Below are positions 29,619-39,470 of a stretch of DNA of 64,000 bases, in pieces. The notes beneath the pieces were generated by a model that was not told the origin of the DNA, did not search any database, and saw only the letters and a list, made by a program, of their open reading frames with translations. Source of the DNA: Trueperaceae bacterium (GTDB lineage: Bacteria; Deinococcota; Deinococci; Deinococcales; Trueperaceae); contig CBDCDZ010000004.1 of NCBI GenBank assembly GCA_965215565.1, positions 3,744,001 through 3,808,000 on the forward strand. The letters run 5' to 3'. The translations under genes and the position numbers were made by a program. Position 1 is the stretch's first letter. Each line of letters begins with the position of its first letter.

Positions 29619-29710
29619 TATTGCTCCAGCACCGTATTCACGTGGGACCAGGTTTCGAACCCACCTCTACATCACGCCGCCTAAATCTAAAGATTAAAAC
29701 GTGCCACCCG

Positions 29711-29751
29711 GTAGGGGCGATTCATACAGTGATTCTTATGCGCGCCCCTAC
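29711..29751. repeat. GTAG-type REP-like hairpin
   Basis: GTAGGGGCG...CGCCCCTAC. Confidence 0.65.
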
Positions 29752-29765
29752 GTAACTCAAGCCCG

Positions 29766-30161
29766 CTAAGCGTCCCTCTTGCCCAAACTCACGAAGAGCA
29801 GCGCCCAGCCGATGAGTTGGAGCACGCCGCCGATCGGCGTGACCGCCCCGAGCCAGGAGATACCGCTCAAGACGAGAATATAGAGGCTCCCCGAAAAGAT
29901 GAGGCTGCCGATGAACATGAACATTGCGGCGCGTTGTCCCTTGACTGGCAGAGCGCCCACTACTAAAAGCGCGAGCGCGTGATACATCTGGTAGCGCACG
30001 CCCGTCTCGAAGGTGTCCAAACGTTCCGGCGTAACAATGCCTTCTAAACTGTGCGCCCCGAACGCGCCCAAGCCGACCCCGATAAAGGCCAAAATTGCGC
30101 CCAGTCGTGCGGGCTGAACCTTGAACCTACCTCTTGAGCGCTGCATCTCTCTACTTGCCAT
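29766..30161 (-). CDS. DUF423 (YgdD/TMEM256) membrane protein
   Basis: GAFGAH, YQMYHAL, FSGSLY, GAVTPIGG. Confidence 0.92.
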   Translation of the reverse strand: MASREMQRSRGRFKVQPARLGAILAFIGVGLGAFGAHSLEGIVTPERLDTFETGVRYQMYHALALLVVGALPVKGQRAAMFMFIGSLIFSGSLYILVLSGISWLGAVTPIGGVLQLIGWALLFVSLGKRDA

Positions 30162-30174
30162 AATGAAACCCCTT

Positions 30175-30882
30175 CTAAAGTGCGATAACCTCTTCTTTCG
30201 TCCTTTCAGGCGGCGTGCGCTCGCCTTTGAGAAGACCGTCCTCGAGGTCTAATACCACATCCACCTTTTCCACCAAGCGAGGGTCGTGCGTCACCACGAT
30301 GACGGTGCGCCCCTCCTCCGCAACCTCTCGCAAGGTCTGCAGCACGACTGCGCCGCTCTTCGAGTCCAAGTTGCCGGTGGGCTCGTCGGCAAAGACGACG
30401 GACGGGTTGTTAGCGAGCGCCCGCGCCACGCTGACCCGCTGCCGTTCACCGCCCGAAAGCTTATAGGGGAGATGGTTCGCCCGTTCAGCCAGCCCGAAGC
30501 GCTCCAGTAGGGACAGCGCCCTCGCCTTGCGCGTCGCCGCGTCCACACCTGCGAGCCCCATCGGAAAGGCGACGTTTTGTTGCGCGTTCAGAATAGCAAC
30601 CAAGTTGTACGACTGAAAGACGAAGCCGAACTCGCGCAGCCTGAGTTCTGAACGTCCATTCTCGTTCAAGCTGCTGACCTCTCGAGCGTTCAAAGTAACG
30701 CTACCACTGGACGGTACATCCAGTCCCGCCAAGAGGTTTAAGAGCGTGGACTTACCCGAGCCCGACGGTCCCATAATGGCGGTGACTTGGCCTGCTTGAA
30801 AGGCGTAGCTGAAGTTTGCCAAAGCGGTGACTTCGCCCGAGGGATCGTCATAAACTTTGCTGAGGTTAGCGGCGCTGAGCAC
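30175..30882 (-). CDS. ABC transporter ATP-binding protein (LolD/MacB/FtsE type)
   Basis: GPSGSGKST, GFVFQ, LSGGERQR, ADEPTGNLD, VTHD. Confidence 0.93.
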   Translation of the reverse strand: MLSAANLSKVYDDPSGEVTALANFSYAFQAGQVTAIMGPSGSGKSTLLNLLAGLDVPSSGSVTLNAREVSSLNENGRSELRLREFGFVFQSYNLVAILNAQQNVAFPMGLAGVDAATRKARALSLLERFGLAERANHLPYKLSGGERQRVSVARALANNPSVVFADEPTGNLDSKSGAVVLQTLREVAEEGRTVIVVTHDPRLVEKVDVVLDLEDGLLKGERTPPERTKEEVIAL

Positions 30883-31080
30883 GTCTTAGAGCATATCGCG
30901 CCCCGCGCGAATCTTTTGCAAGCTGCCTTGCGCAAAGTTTCACATTCGTGAAAACTGCGCAATCGGAAGCTAAAGCCACCAGCTCGATTGGATTGCTGTT
31001 TTAGACTCGCGGACAGCCACCATGGTGCAGTCAGCCGCCCCCAACTTCATTCAGTCCTGGCAGTGGCTCTATCTGGAACG

Positions 31081-31130
31081 ACAGGGGTGTCAAGCAAGGG
31101 GTGTCAAGCAAGGGGTGTCAACCCCTTGTT
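31081..31130. repeat. REP-like palindrome family A with tandem 14-bp half-sites
   Basis: AGGGGTGTCAAGCA x2 then AGGGGTGTCAACCCCTTGTT. Confidence 0.8.
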
Positions 31131-31179
31131 TATCGCGTGGAGACGGTAGAAGAAGCGCACAGGTATTCGACTCAAACCA

Positions 31180-31830
31180 CTACCCCGGACCTTTATCTTC
31201 ATCCAGGCTTTGGTCCGAAGTTCCGGCACTGTCAGCAACCTCTTCGGAAGGTGTCTCGGCTCGAGGGCGCAAGTCAAGACCGTTCGTGCGGTTCGTCGCT
31301 TTGTTCAAACCCTCACTCAGCATCAGCTCAACACTGTCGGCTGCTTGCCGAACCACCTCGTCTAAAAGCTCTCTCTCGTCCTCGCGGAAACGGCTCAAGA
31401 CCCAGTTTTCCACCTTCCAACCCTCGGGCGGACGGCTGATACCCACCTTGAGGCGGTGAAAATCCGCGCCGATTCGGTTTCTGATGTCCGCCACGCCGCG
31501 CTGACCGCCCGCGCCGCCCCCGGTCTTGAAGCGGAGGCGGCCTAGAGGCATGTCGAGGTCATCGTGAACGACGAGCACCTCTTCTGGTACGAGTCCCTGT
31601 TTTGTCATGGTGGACTGCACCGCGCTTCCCGAAGCGTTCATGAAGGTGAGCGGCTTGATGAGGCGGAGTGCGCCCCACCTCACCTCTTCGGCTTGCTTCC
31701 CCTTGCGAAAGGAGAGCGTGTACCGCTTGGCGAGTTCGTCCAGCACGAGAAACCCGGCGTTGTGCCGGGTGTCCCTGTAGCGCGGTCCGGGGTTGCCCAG
31801 ACCGACGATGAGTTTGATAGAAGGTGTCAT
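31180..31830 (-). CDS. pth: peptidyl-tRNA hydrolase
   Basis: VGLGNPG, TRHNAGF, KPLTFMNASG, VVHDDLD. Confidence 0.96.
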   Translation of the reverse strand: MTPSIKLIVGLGNPGPRYRDTRHNAGFLVLDELAKRYTLSFRKGKQAEEVRWGALRLIKPLTFMNASGSAVQSTMTKQGLVPEEVLVVHDDLDMPLGRLRFKTGGGAGGQRGVADIRNRIGADFHRLKVGISRPPEGWKVENWVLSRFREDERELLDEVVRQAADSVELMLSEGLNKATNRTNGLDLRPRAETPSEEVADSAGTSDQSLDEDKGPG

Positions 31831-31845
31831 AATTTACCGAACGAC

Positions 31846-31963
31846 GCAGCTATTGTCTCTTTACGTGTACGCTCGTCAATACTTTGTTTGCTGAGCGCGT
31901 TACTTCGCATGACTGCGTCGTGACAAGCTCCGAGCGAAGTGAGATAGACTTTAATACCTGCTT
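31846..31963. repeat. family B intergenic repeat (degenerate)
   Basis: TTACTTCGCATGACT...AATACCTGCT matches the 23382 copy. Confidence 0.45.
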
Positions 31964-32607
31964 TATTCGGCGGACGTATCCTCTTCTGAACCCTCTTCGA
32001 TCTCGTCATCCTGACCGATAACTTCAGGCTGCGTGACTTCCGCTTCTTCGGTAGGCTCTTCGGGCTCCTCGGCGCGTGGCGCTAAGATGGCGACGAGCGT
32101 GCGCTCGGGCTCGTCTAAAATTTCCGCTTCCGAGGGCAACATGTGGAGGATGTCCGAGATGTGAATGGCGTCGCCGATTTCCAGAGCGCTGACGTCCACT
32201 TCCAAGTTGCTGGGAATGAGGCGCGGCAAGATGTTGATACGCACGTCGCGGCGCTGAACGTCCACCTGACCGCCCTGCTTCGCGCCCGCGGGCGTACCGA
32301 CGAAGTCGATGACGACGGCCACCTCGACCACTTGACCCGCCGTGACCGCGTAGAAGTCCACGTGGATGGGCTCGCGGCGGCGCTTATTCATCTGCACGGC
32401 GCGGACCAAGACGTCGTGGCTCTCGCCGTCAATCTCTAAGTCGATGATGTTCGAGGTGCCCTGCGAGCGAAACGCCTTGTCAAAGGCTCTCGTCTCTAAG
32501 CTCACCGGAATGTTGGTCTCCTTGTTGTAGACCACGCCGGGCAAGTGTCCCGTTTTGCGAATGGCGTTCGCCTCACCGGGCGTGCGTTTCTCTGCGGTTA
32601 ACTTCAT
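31963..32607 (-). CDS. rplY: 50S ribosomal protein L25/Ctc (long form)
   Basis: PGVVYN, PIHVDFY, DVSALEIGDAIHISD, acidic tail; AGGAGG RBS. Confidence 0.95.
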   Translation of the reverse strand: MKLTAEKRTPGEANAIRKTGHLPGVVYNKETNIPVSLETRAFDKAFRSQGTSNIIDLEIDGESHDVLVRAVQMNKRRREPIHVDFYAVTAGQVVEVAVVIDFVGTPAGAKQGGQVDVQRRDVRINILPRLIPSNLEVDVSALEIGDAIHISDILHMLPSEAEILDEPERTLVAILAPRAEEPEEPTEEAEVTQPEVIGQDDEIEEGSEEDTSAE

Positions 32608-32812
32608 GGTTCCTCCTGGTGCCTTGATTTCGCTGTCTGGATGATGGTGTGACCGTTCGTCATATCAACGCGACATGCTCTAAATCTTTTAACGTTCGGC
32701 TGCTAAGCGCAACCGTCAGCAACAAACCGAGATGATACCACTAAATGCCTCGAGCTTGTGAAAGCTGCTTCAGCGTCCGCCAGAGTTAATATGAATGCTG
32801 AGGTTGTATCAC

Positions 32813-32914
32813 GCAGATATCATCTTAATAACGTGCGTACTCAGCAGACGCTCTTTTCACTAAGAGCGTTTCTAACCAGCTGACCTGTGCCCTGCTTTAG
32901 CGGGTATACCTGCT
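32813..32914. repeat. family B intergenic repeat
   Basis: GCAGATATCATC...TAAGAGCGTTTCTAACCAG...ATACCTGCT. Confidence 0.65.
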
Positions 32915-32915
32915 T

Positions 32916-33860
32916 TCATGTCTGAAAAAGCTGACTCACCGAGTCGTTCTCGTGGACGTTGTGAATGGCTTTGGCTAAGAGCGGCGCGACCGAGAGCACC
33001 TTGATGCGCTCATGCTGCCCCTCGATGGGAACCGTGTCGGTGATGAACACTTCGCTGATGGCGTCGTGGCTGAGACGCTCTAAAGCGGGCGGCGTAAACA
33101 CGGGATGTGTCGCGACGACGCGCACGTCAGGCTCCGCGCCTAAATCTAAAAGTGCATCAACGGCTCGCGTAATCGTTCCGGCAGTTGAGATCATATCGTC
33201 CGCGATGATGGGGCGCTTGCCCTCCACCTCGCCGATGACGTGCGTCACGCTCGTCTCGGTGGGACTGCTGCGGCGCTTATACAAAATGGAAAGAGGTAAG
33301 CCTAAGTGGTTGGCGAGCCGCCGCGCTTCGGTAGCCCTGCCCACATCGGGCGAGACGACGACGCTGTCACTGAGGTCGAGCGTCTCCAAGTGACCACCCA
33401 AAATACCGAGCGCGGTCAGGTGGTCCACAGGCACGTCGAAAAAGCCTTGAACCTGTCCGGCGTGTAGGTCAACTGTGATGACCCGGTCAAACCCGGCGGT
33501 CTGCATGAGGTTGGCGACGAGCTTGCCCGTGATGGGCTCTCTCGCCTGCACCTTTTTGTCCTGCCGTGCGTAGCCGAAATACGGCACCACCGCGTTGATG
33601 CGCCACGCCGAAGCGCGGCGCAAGGCGTCCGCGAAGACGAGGAGTTCCATAAGGTTGTGGTTCACGGGCGAGCAGGTGGACTGGACGATGTAGCAGTCCG
33701 CGCCGCGCACCGACTCCTCGATCTGCACGCGGCTCTCGCTGTCAGGGAACTGTGAGACCCAGCCCTTGGAGAGTTCGCGCCCTAAATGCTTGGCGACGTT
33801 CGTCGCGAGTTCGGGCGTGGCGTTGCCGCAGAAGATTTTAACTTCGTCGCCGGTGTTCAT
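32916..33860 (-). CDS. prs: ribose-phosphate pyrophosphokinase
   Basis: PYFGYARQDKK, DLHAGQVQGFF, SPDVG, DDMISTAGT. Confidence 0.97.
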   Translation of the reverse strand: MNTGDEVKIFCGNATPELATNVAKHLGRELSKGWVSQFPDSESRVQIEESVRGADCYIVQSTCSPVNHNLMELLVFADALRRASAWRINAVVPYFGYARQDKKVQAREPITGKLVANLMQTAGFDRVITVDLHAGQVQGFFDVPVDHLTALGILGGHLETLDLSDSVVVSPDVGRATEARRLANHLGLPLSILYKRRSSPTETSVTHVIGEVEGKRPIIADDMISTAGTITRAVDALLDLGAEPDVRVVATHPVFTPPALERLSHDAISEVFITDTVPIEGQHERIKVLSVAPLLAKAIHNVHENDSVSQLFQT

Positions 33861-34262
33861 GACCTGACACTCATGACGCTGCCATGACACGCTTGGGGAG
33901 GACGGGACATACGCTATAAAACGGGGGGTGAAACAAGGGAAACCTCACTCAAATGTCGCTGCTCGAACATCATCTGTTGGGGCGTGGTGATTGGATTGTG
34001 GCAGGGCAAAACGCCGAAAATGCCAAGGGTGAGTATACACAGAAAAGCGCTCCTACGCAAAAGGTTTGAGGCAGATTATATCCGCAGCTAAGGTGCAAAG
34101 TCGCATACTTCACTTTGAGCCTTTGGCATTTCTTGGCTTGTCAGCCCGCCCTACTTCGTTTCAAAAACGCCCGTCCCTATTGCTATAACCCCAGGTGTTT
34201 TGCTATGCTACCTCTTCGGAGCGTTTGGTCTCATTAGTTTTACAATAAGCTGAGACGAACGG

Positions 34263-34387
34263 ACGCAGATCTCAGTTCGAAGAACTAGCGGGATTTCATC
34301 TTTGAACGTGCACGTTGAACAGTATTCGGTAAGCTAAGAGCGTTTCTGACCAGATGATTGCGCGAAGCTTTACGAAGTAACCTGCTG
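34263..34387. repeat. family B intergenic repeat immediately upstream of tRNA-Leu
   Basis: TAGCGGGATTTCATC...TAAGAGCGTTTCTGACCAGATGAT...ACCTGCTG. Confidence 0.7.
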
Positions 34388-34392
34388 TTCAT

Positions 34393-34476
34393 GCCGAGGT
34401 GGCGGAACCGGTAGACGCGCTAGATTCAGGTTCTAGTCCTCGAGAGAGGGTGAGAGTTCAAGTCTCTTCCTCGGCA
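34393..34476 (+). tRNA. tRNA-Leu(CAG)
   Basis: acceptor GCCGAGG/CCTCGGC-A, anticodon arm CTAGA-TTCAGGT-TCTAG, long variable arm, GTTCAAGT; no encoded CCA. Confidence 0.96.
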
Positions 34477-34486
34477 TCACGTAAAG

Positions 34487-34529
34487 TCCCCGCATCATGA
34501 CCTCTTCACAGGTTGATGCGGGGATTTCT
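34487..34529 (+). terminator. hairpin after tRNA-Leu
   Basis: TCCCCGCATCA...TGATGCGGGGA followed by TTTCT. Confidence 0.65.
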
Positions 34530-34533
34530 CTAT

Positions 34534-34695
34534 GGTTTTTTGCGCCTCGACCTCTTGCGCCAACTCATCCACTACGTCGCAGAAGTCTTACATCGCCGGA
34601 ACCGCTCTGAAAATGAGGAGTGCGCCGCTAAAAAGCTGCTCGCTGAGCGCCTGCTGCGACGCGGCTTTCTTGAGAACCTGCAAAGACGGGGGCAT
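34534..34695 (-). pseudogene. 5' fragment of a gene with internal TAA
   Basis: AGGAGG RBS, MPPSLQVLKK..LFSGALLIFRAVPAM*DFCDVVDELAQEVEAQK. Confidence 0.45.
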
Positions 34696-34740
34696 GTGGA
34701 CCTCCTGCCTTAGTTTACCTCAGCCGTATCTTTGCAACCT

Positions 34741-35100
34741 CTAGGTCCATACTCCCACAAATGTCCAAAAGGTCAGCGCCAGAAATAAAGAGGTGACGAG
34801 CGTGTATATAAGCGTCGAAAGTTGCCCGAGTTGCGGTTTCAACTCACGCCAACTGAACGCCAGAATAATGAGGCAAGCTAGAGGTGACAAAGACCCAAAT
34901 AACGACCCCACGACCTTTCGCCACACAGCGACCTCTCTATAGCCGAACTCAGCTATGACGGTGCTAAGGTGGCTGTTTAAGAGCAGCCCCGCCGTCATTA
35001 CGAATGGCGCGATGAGGCGGAGCCATAGGCGCTCTTCTCGAGTCCACGACTGGACATAGTAAAACAAGATAGCTCCGAAGAGAAAGAGCGACATGAGCAT
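34741..35100 (-). CDS. small multi-TM membrane protein
   Basis: 119-aa ORF with about four hydrophobic segments. Confidence 0.6.
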   Translation of the reverse strand: MLMSLFLFGAILFYYVQSWTREERLWLRLIAPFVMTAGLLLNSHLSTVIAEFGYREVAVWRKVVGSLFGSLSPLACLIILAFSWRELKPQLGQLSTLIYTLVTSLFLALTFWTFVGVWT

Positions 35101-35187
35101 ACTGCTCTACTCTGGCGCTTGCGACACTTCTCTTCAGTGCAAAACTTTATTTCGCAAAGCCGCGCTGCGTTCGTTTAGAATTACCAT

Positions 35188-35224
35188 AAAAAAGCCTGAG
35201 TCCACATATATAGACTCAGACTTT
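35188..35224 (-). terminator. intrinsic terminator after BCCT gene
   Basis: CTGAGTC/GACTCAG stem with A-run (U tract on minus strand). Confidence 0.6.
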
Positions 35225-35253
35225 ATAGAGAGCTGAGGGTAGGCTATACCCGT

Positions 35254-36858
35254 TTAATCCGTTGGCGCGGCTGCCTCTGAATTTTGATCAGGCAAGACCT
35301 CTTCCCTGAACTCCGTCTGCAAACCTTTGTAGAGACTGACGCAGATGAGCAAAACCACCACGGCGAAGGGCAAACCGAGCGTGATGGCGGCGGTCTGCAA
35401 GGCGGAGAGCCCGCCGCCGATAAGGAGCACCGCCGCCACCGTTCCCTCCGTCACCGCCCAGAAAATCCGCTGGGTTACGGGCGCGTCCTCTTTGCCGCCA
35501 GCGGTAATGCTGTCGATGACCAGCGAGCCCGAGTCCGACGAGGTGATAAAGAAGGTCATGACCAGCAGGATGCCTAAAAGCGAGGCGACGCGCCCGAAAG
35601 GAAGTTGGTCAAACATGACGAAAAGCGCTGTGGAGATATCCGCGTTGACCGCCCCGACGATATCGCCGACGCCGCCTAGCGCCTGAGAGAGCGCCGCGCC
35701 GCCGAAGGCGGAGAACCAGAAGAAGGAGACGATGCTCGGCACGATCAGGACGCCCAGCATGAACTGCTTGACGGTGCGCCCCTTCGAGACGCGGGCGATG
35801 AACATGCCCACGAAAGGCGACCAGGAAATCCACCACGCCCAGTAGAAGACCGTCCAGCTATTTTGCCAACTGCCGCCCTCGTACGCCTCGCCCCAGGTGC
35901 TCATAAAGGCTAAGTTCTGCAGGTAGAACCCCACGTTTTGAATGAACCCGTTGAGGATAAAGAGCGTCGGACCCGCAATCACCACAAACGCTAAGAGCAC
36001 CACGGCGATATTGATGTTCAGCTCGCTGAGCCGCCGGACGCCGCCATCTAACCCTGCGACAACAGAAAGCGTCGCGATGCCCGTGATGATCGCGATGAGG
36101 ATGACCTGCGTCGTGACCGAGTCAGGGATGCCGAAGAGATAGTTCATCCCTGCGTTGGCTTGCCCGACGCCTAAGCCGAGCGACGTCGCTAGACCGAAGA
36201 GCGTCGCTAGCACCGCCAAGGTGTCGATGACGTCGCCGGGCCAGCTATAGATGCGCTCCCCTAAGAGGGGATAAAAGGCTGAGCGCACGGTAAGAGGCAG
36301 CCCCCAGTTGTAGGCGAAGAAGGCGAGCGCCAACCCAACGACAGCGTAGATTGCCCACGCATGGATGCCCCAGTGAAAGAACGTGACCGCCGTCGCGACT
36401 TGCGCCGCGTCCGGTGTGCCTGCTTCGGCTAAGAAGGGCGGCGTAGAGAAGTGCAAGACGGGCTCCGCCACGCCGTAAAACATGATGCCGATGCCCATGC
36501 CCGCGCTAAAGAGCATGGCGAACCACGCCCACAGGGTGAATTCCGGCTTCGCGTCCTGCCCGCCGATGCGCACCTTTCCGAAGCGGCTGAACGCCAGAAA
36601 GAAGGCGAACAGAACAAAGATATTCGCCGCGACGATGAGCAGCCAGCCGAACTTGTTCGCGATAAAGGCTTGCATGGCGCTGAAGACGCTCGCCGCTTGG
36701 TCTTGATAGGCGAGCGTCAAAACGACCATGACGATGATGAGCGCGCTCGAGACGAAAAACACCGGGTTGTGCACGTCGAAGCCCGCGAACTGAACGTTAC
36801 TACTCCCTATATCGTGCTCAGCCTCTTTGCCGCTTTTGTTCCCCTTTTTTAACGCCAT
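35254..36858 (-). CDS. BCCT family (betaine/choline/carnitine) transporter
   Basis: WFAMLFSAGMGIG, FFHWGIHAWAIY, WTVFYWAWWISWSPFVGMFIARVSKGRT. Confidence 0.96.
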   Translation of the reverse strand: MALKKGNKSGKEAEHDIGSSNVQFAGFDVHNPVFFVSSALIIVMVVLTLAYQDQAASVFSAMQAFIANKFGWLLIVAANIFVLFAFFLAFSRFGKVRIGGQDAKPEFTLWAWFAMLFSAGMGIGIMFYGVAEPVLHFSTPPFLAEAGTPDAAQVATAVTFFHWGIHAWAIYAVVGLALAFFAYNWGLPLTVRSAFYPLLGERIYSWPGDVIDTLAVLATLFGLATSLGLGVGQANAGMNYLFGIPDSVTTQVILIAIITGIATLSVVAGLDGGVRRLSELNINIAVVLLAFVVIAGPTLFILNGFIQNVGFYLQNLAFMSTWGEAYEGGSWQNSWTVFYWAWWISWSPFVGMFIARVSKGRTVKQFMLGVLIVPSIVSFFWFSAFGGAALSQALGGVGDIVGAVNADISTALFVMFDQLPFGRVASLLGILLVMTFFITSSDSGSLVIDSITAGGKEDAPVTQRIFWAVTEGTVAAVLLIGGGLSALQTAAITLGLPFAVVVLLICVSLYKGLQTEFREEVLPDQNSEAAAPTD

Positions 36859-37422
36859 ATCGTTCCTTTCCGCTGCTCCCCCAAGAGGTCAACGTGGAAC
36901 TCACCGCCCGCCGCTACGTTTTCGCTGCTGCGCCGTTAGGCTTATTTACACCTTGTGGATGACGCATTCATGACGCAGCCGCGCGGCGTAACAACTCTGC
37001 ATTTACCTATTTCACAAAGAAGACGCGATTTTCACGAAGAGAACATGGCGAATACGCTGCAAGCGAGTAGGTCACCGCGGAACGGATCAGAGTTCTATCC
37101 CACGCGCACGTCTCGAGGCTCGCTCTAGTTTTGGCGACTTAACCTTGTCTCGAGCCTTCAAACGAGTAAGCAACAGGTAGAGGTTGTGCGCAGTAGATAC
37201 GCGCAGCGTTGCGAGGCGGTGAATGACTTACAAGGAGTTATACCACACGCTCATATATCACCCAAAAACGCTCGGCTTGCGCGAGCCTCAGAAAAATGTC
37301 AGACGCGGCTGCCACGCTATGAACCACACCGTGAGAACAGCGGCGCGGAAGGTGTTTGCACTCTACGCCGGGCGCGGCGCTATTACCGCGTCCCCCTGGG
37401 AGGAGGGGCAACAGGTCAAGGT

Positions 37423-38667
37423 TCAATAGAGCGCTTTGTAAATCTCGTAGTCGAGGAGTACCGACTGCAGATATTCCCTCGGTTCGGCGCGGCCGATAAA
37501 GCGGTAGAACTCCGTTTTGTCGCCGCTTATAGGTGCGGACTCAAAGAGTCGCCCGATATAGCCTTGTCCGCCGTTGTAAGAGGGCACGACGCGCTCTAAG
37601 TCGCCGCCGAAGTAGTCCATGAGCCAGCGCAGGTAGAACGCGCCGTAGCGGATGTTGTCCTCGGGATCAAAAGGATCGCCGGGCGTTTCGCCGAGCAGTT
37701 CCGCCACCCAGTCCCAGGTAGGCGAGACGAACTGCATGAGTCCCTCTGCGCCCGTATGCGACACCGCCTTAGGATAGAAGCGCGACTCTTTGCGCATGAC
37801 CGCCCAGACGAGTTCGGGTTCGATCTCTCTAAGCGCAGCTTGTGCGTTCACAAGTGACGGATACGCCCTCGGATACGCCGCCCGCCAGGTGCGCAGGTCG
37901 CGGCTGCTGCGCCCCAAGTACGCTTCGGCGGCGCGGGCGCTCTGGCGGTACTCACCGAGGGCTTGAAGTTTTTCAGCAATCGTTACCGTTTCTGCTTCAC
38001 CTCTCGCGTCCCTAAGCGCAAAGCGCAGTTCGCCCACCGCCGCCTCTGGATCATGCGCTTCCATGAGCGCGTCGGCGAGCGCTAGAACAGGAGATTCAGC
38101 AGCGGGCAATGAAGAGGTCTGGGGCAGCTCGAGCCCCAAGCCCTCCTTCAATCCGAAGAAAGAAAAGGCAGGCAAAAGCGCTCTTGCGCGTTGAGCCGCC
38201 GCCTCATCGCCGTAACGCTCAGCCAGCACGAGCGCCCGGTACGCGGCGTCGTCGGCGTAGCTCGAGCCCATGCTCGCAAGTTCTAAGTAGATAGGGATGG
38301 TGTCTTCAGCGCGGCCTCGAGACTCGAGTAGGTCCGTCGCGCCCCACAGCCGCCGCGCCTCGCCCGTCTGCACAAAGAGGTCTACTGCCGCGTCTACGTC
38401 CCCTTCGCGCCGCGCCACGACGCCCCGCCCGTAGAGCGCGTCGCTGCCCGGCAAGTCGGCAAAGCGCGCGTCCGCCTCCTCATTGCGCCCGAGCGACAAG
38501 AGCGCCCAAGCCTCGCCGTAACGCGCTTCTAGGCTGCTTGGGGCCTCCTGCAACCAGCGCCCGTACGCCTCTAACGCCCGCTGATATTCACCTAGCGCGC
38601 GGTACGCGGGCGCTTCGATAGAAGGAACCGTGCGGCCTTCTAGCGCGGCTAGAGCGCGGCTGTACAT
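37423..38667 (-). CDS. lytic transglycosylase (TPR plus SLT domain), C-terminal part of a split gene
   Basis: VMRKESRF, GAEGLMQF, YGAFYL, SYNGG, EPREY. Confidence 0.85.
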   Translation of the reverse strand: MYSRALAALEGRTVPSIEAPAYRALGEYQRALEAYGRWLQEAPSSLEARYGEAWALLSLGRNEEADARFADLPGSDALYGRGVVARREGDVDAAVDLFVQTGEARRLWGATDLLESRGRAEDTIPIYLELASMGSSYADDAAYRALVLAERYGDEAAAQRARALLPAFSFFGLKEGLGLELPQTSSLPAAESPVLALADALMEAHDPEAAVGELRFALRDARGEAETVTIAEKLQALGEYRQSARAAEAYLGRSSRDLRTWRAAYPRAYPSLVNAQAALREIEPELVWAVMRKESRFYPKAVSHTGAEGLMQFVSPTWDWVAELLGETPGDPFDPEDNIRYGAFYLRWLMDYFGGDLERVVPSYNGGQGYIGRLFESAPISGDKTEFYRFIGRAEPREYLQSVLLDYEIYKALY

Positions 38668-38691
38668 CCTACTTCTGTAAGTAGATATTCG

Positions 38692-39219
38692 CTAACGTGC
38701 CAACGGGTCCGGCTCGAGTCTCTCGAGTCCAGCTACCGCAGCTCCTCCAAGAGGTAGCGCCTGCGCGTAGGCGTTGCTCGCTTCCTCTACGAACCCGGCT
38801 CGCTCAGCGGTCTGGGCACGCTCGAGCTGGAGCGCACGCGCCTCACCTCTCGCTAGCGGGTCAACCAGTTTGAGCCTAAAGGCGCGCCTGTAGTAGCCTG
38901 CGCGCTCGGCAGCAGGAAGATCGCTTCTAGCGAGCGTCAGGAGCACGCGGTAGGTCAAAAAGTCCTCGGCGTCTCGCGCTAAGAGCGCCCCGAGCACGTC
39001 CCTATCCTCTTGCTGCGCGGCGTCATAGAAACGCCTGTAGTCCTCTAGCGACGCAACGTTTTCGTTTCTAGCGTCCTCATAAGGATTGACGATGTCAGCG
39101 CTGACCTCGGGTACAGGAATCTCCCGAAACCCCCAAGGCTGGCTGAGGGCGATAAGCACTAAGCTCATTATGGTGAGGCTCAAGAGTAAGAGAAGTCGCT
39201 GCCGGGTTAGAAGTACCAC
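38692..39219 (-). pseudogene. N-terminal part (membrane anchor plus helical repeats) of the split lytic transglycosylase
   Basis: in frame with 37423..38667, separated by one TAG; leaderless-type TAGACT-N5-GTG start. Confidence 0.7.
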
Positions 39220-39371
39220 ACCCTAGTCTACGGAGCCCCTGCGCCTCTATGTTAAGAAAGGCGACAAAATGTGAAATAGTTCAAACGGACGCTTTGCCCC
39301 GAGTTTCGCAGCCCCTTTGGTAGTCTTGTGTCTAGGGTGCTGGGGGGGTAAACTGTGATTCGTAGGTGCGT

Positions 39372-39445
39372 GGGCCCTTAGCTCAGTTGGTTAGAGCAGT
39401 CGACTCATAATCGATTGGTCGTGGGTTCAAGTCCCCCAGGGCCCA
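39372..39445 (+). tRNA. tRNA-Ile2(CAT) (Met-like anticodon, Ile2-type body)
   Basis: acceptor GGGCCCT/AGGGCCC-A; anticodon arm GTCGA-CTCATAA-TCGAT; resembles ileX-type tRNAs; no encoded CCA. Confidence 0.9.
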
Positions 39446-39470
39446 TCCCGAAAAAGCGCGTGACACACGC

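Noticed and set aside
37186..37429. ORFs 37186..37599 and 37223..37429
   Set aside because: No recognisable motif; one overlaps the transglycosylase antisense. The 68-aa ORF has a weak RBS, so it is not excluded but is unsupported.
38692..38694. Pyrrolysine or programmed read-through of the TAG
   Set aside because: No pyl genes seen, and the alternative frame LANIYLQ explains the gap better.
39372..39445. tRNA-Met (initiator or elongator)
   Set aside because: It has a G1-C72 pair, lacks the three G-C anticodon-stem pairs of initiators, and the body resembles Ile2-type tRNAs; an elongator Met is not fully excluded.
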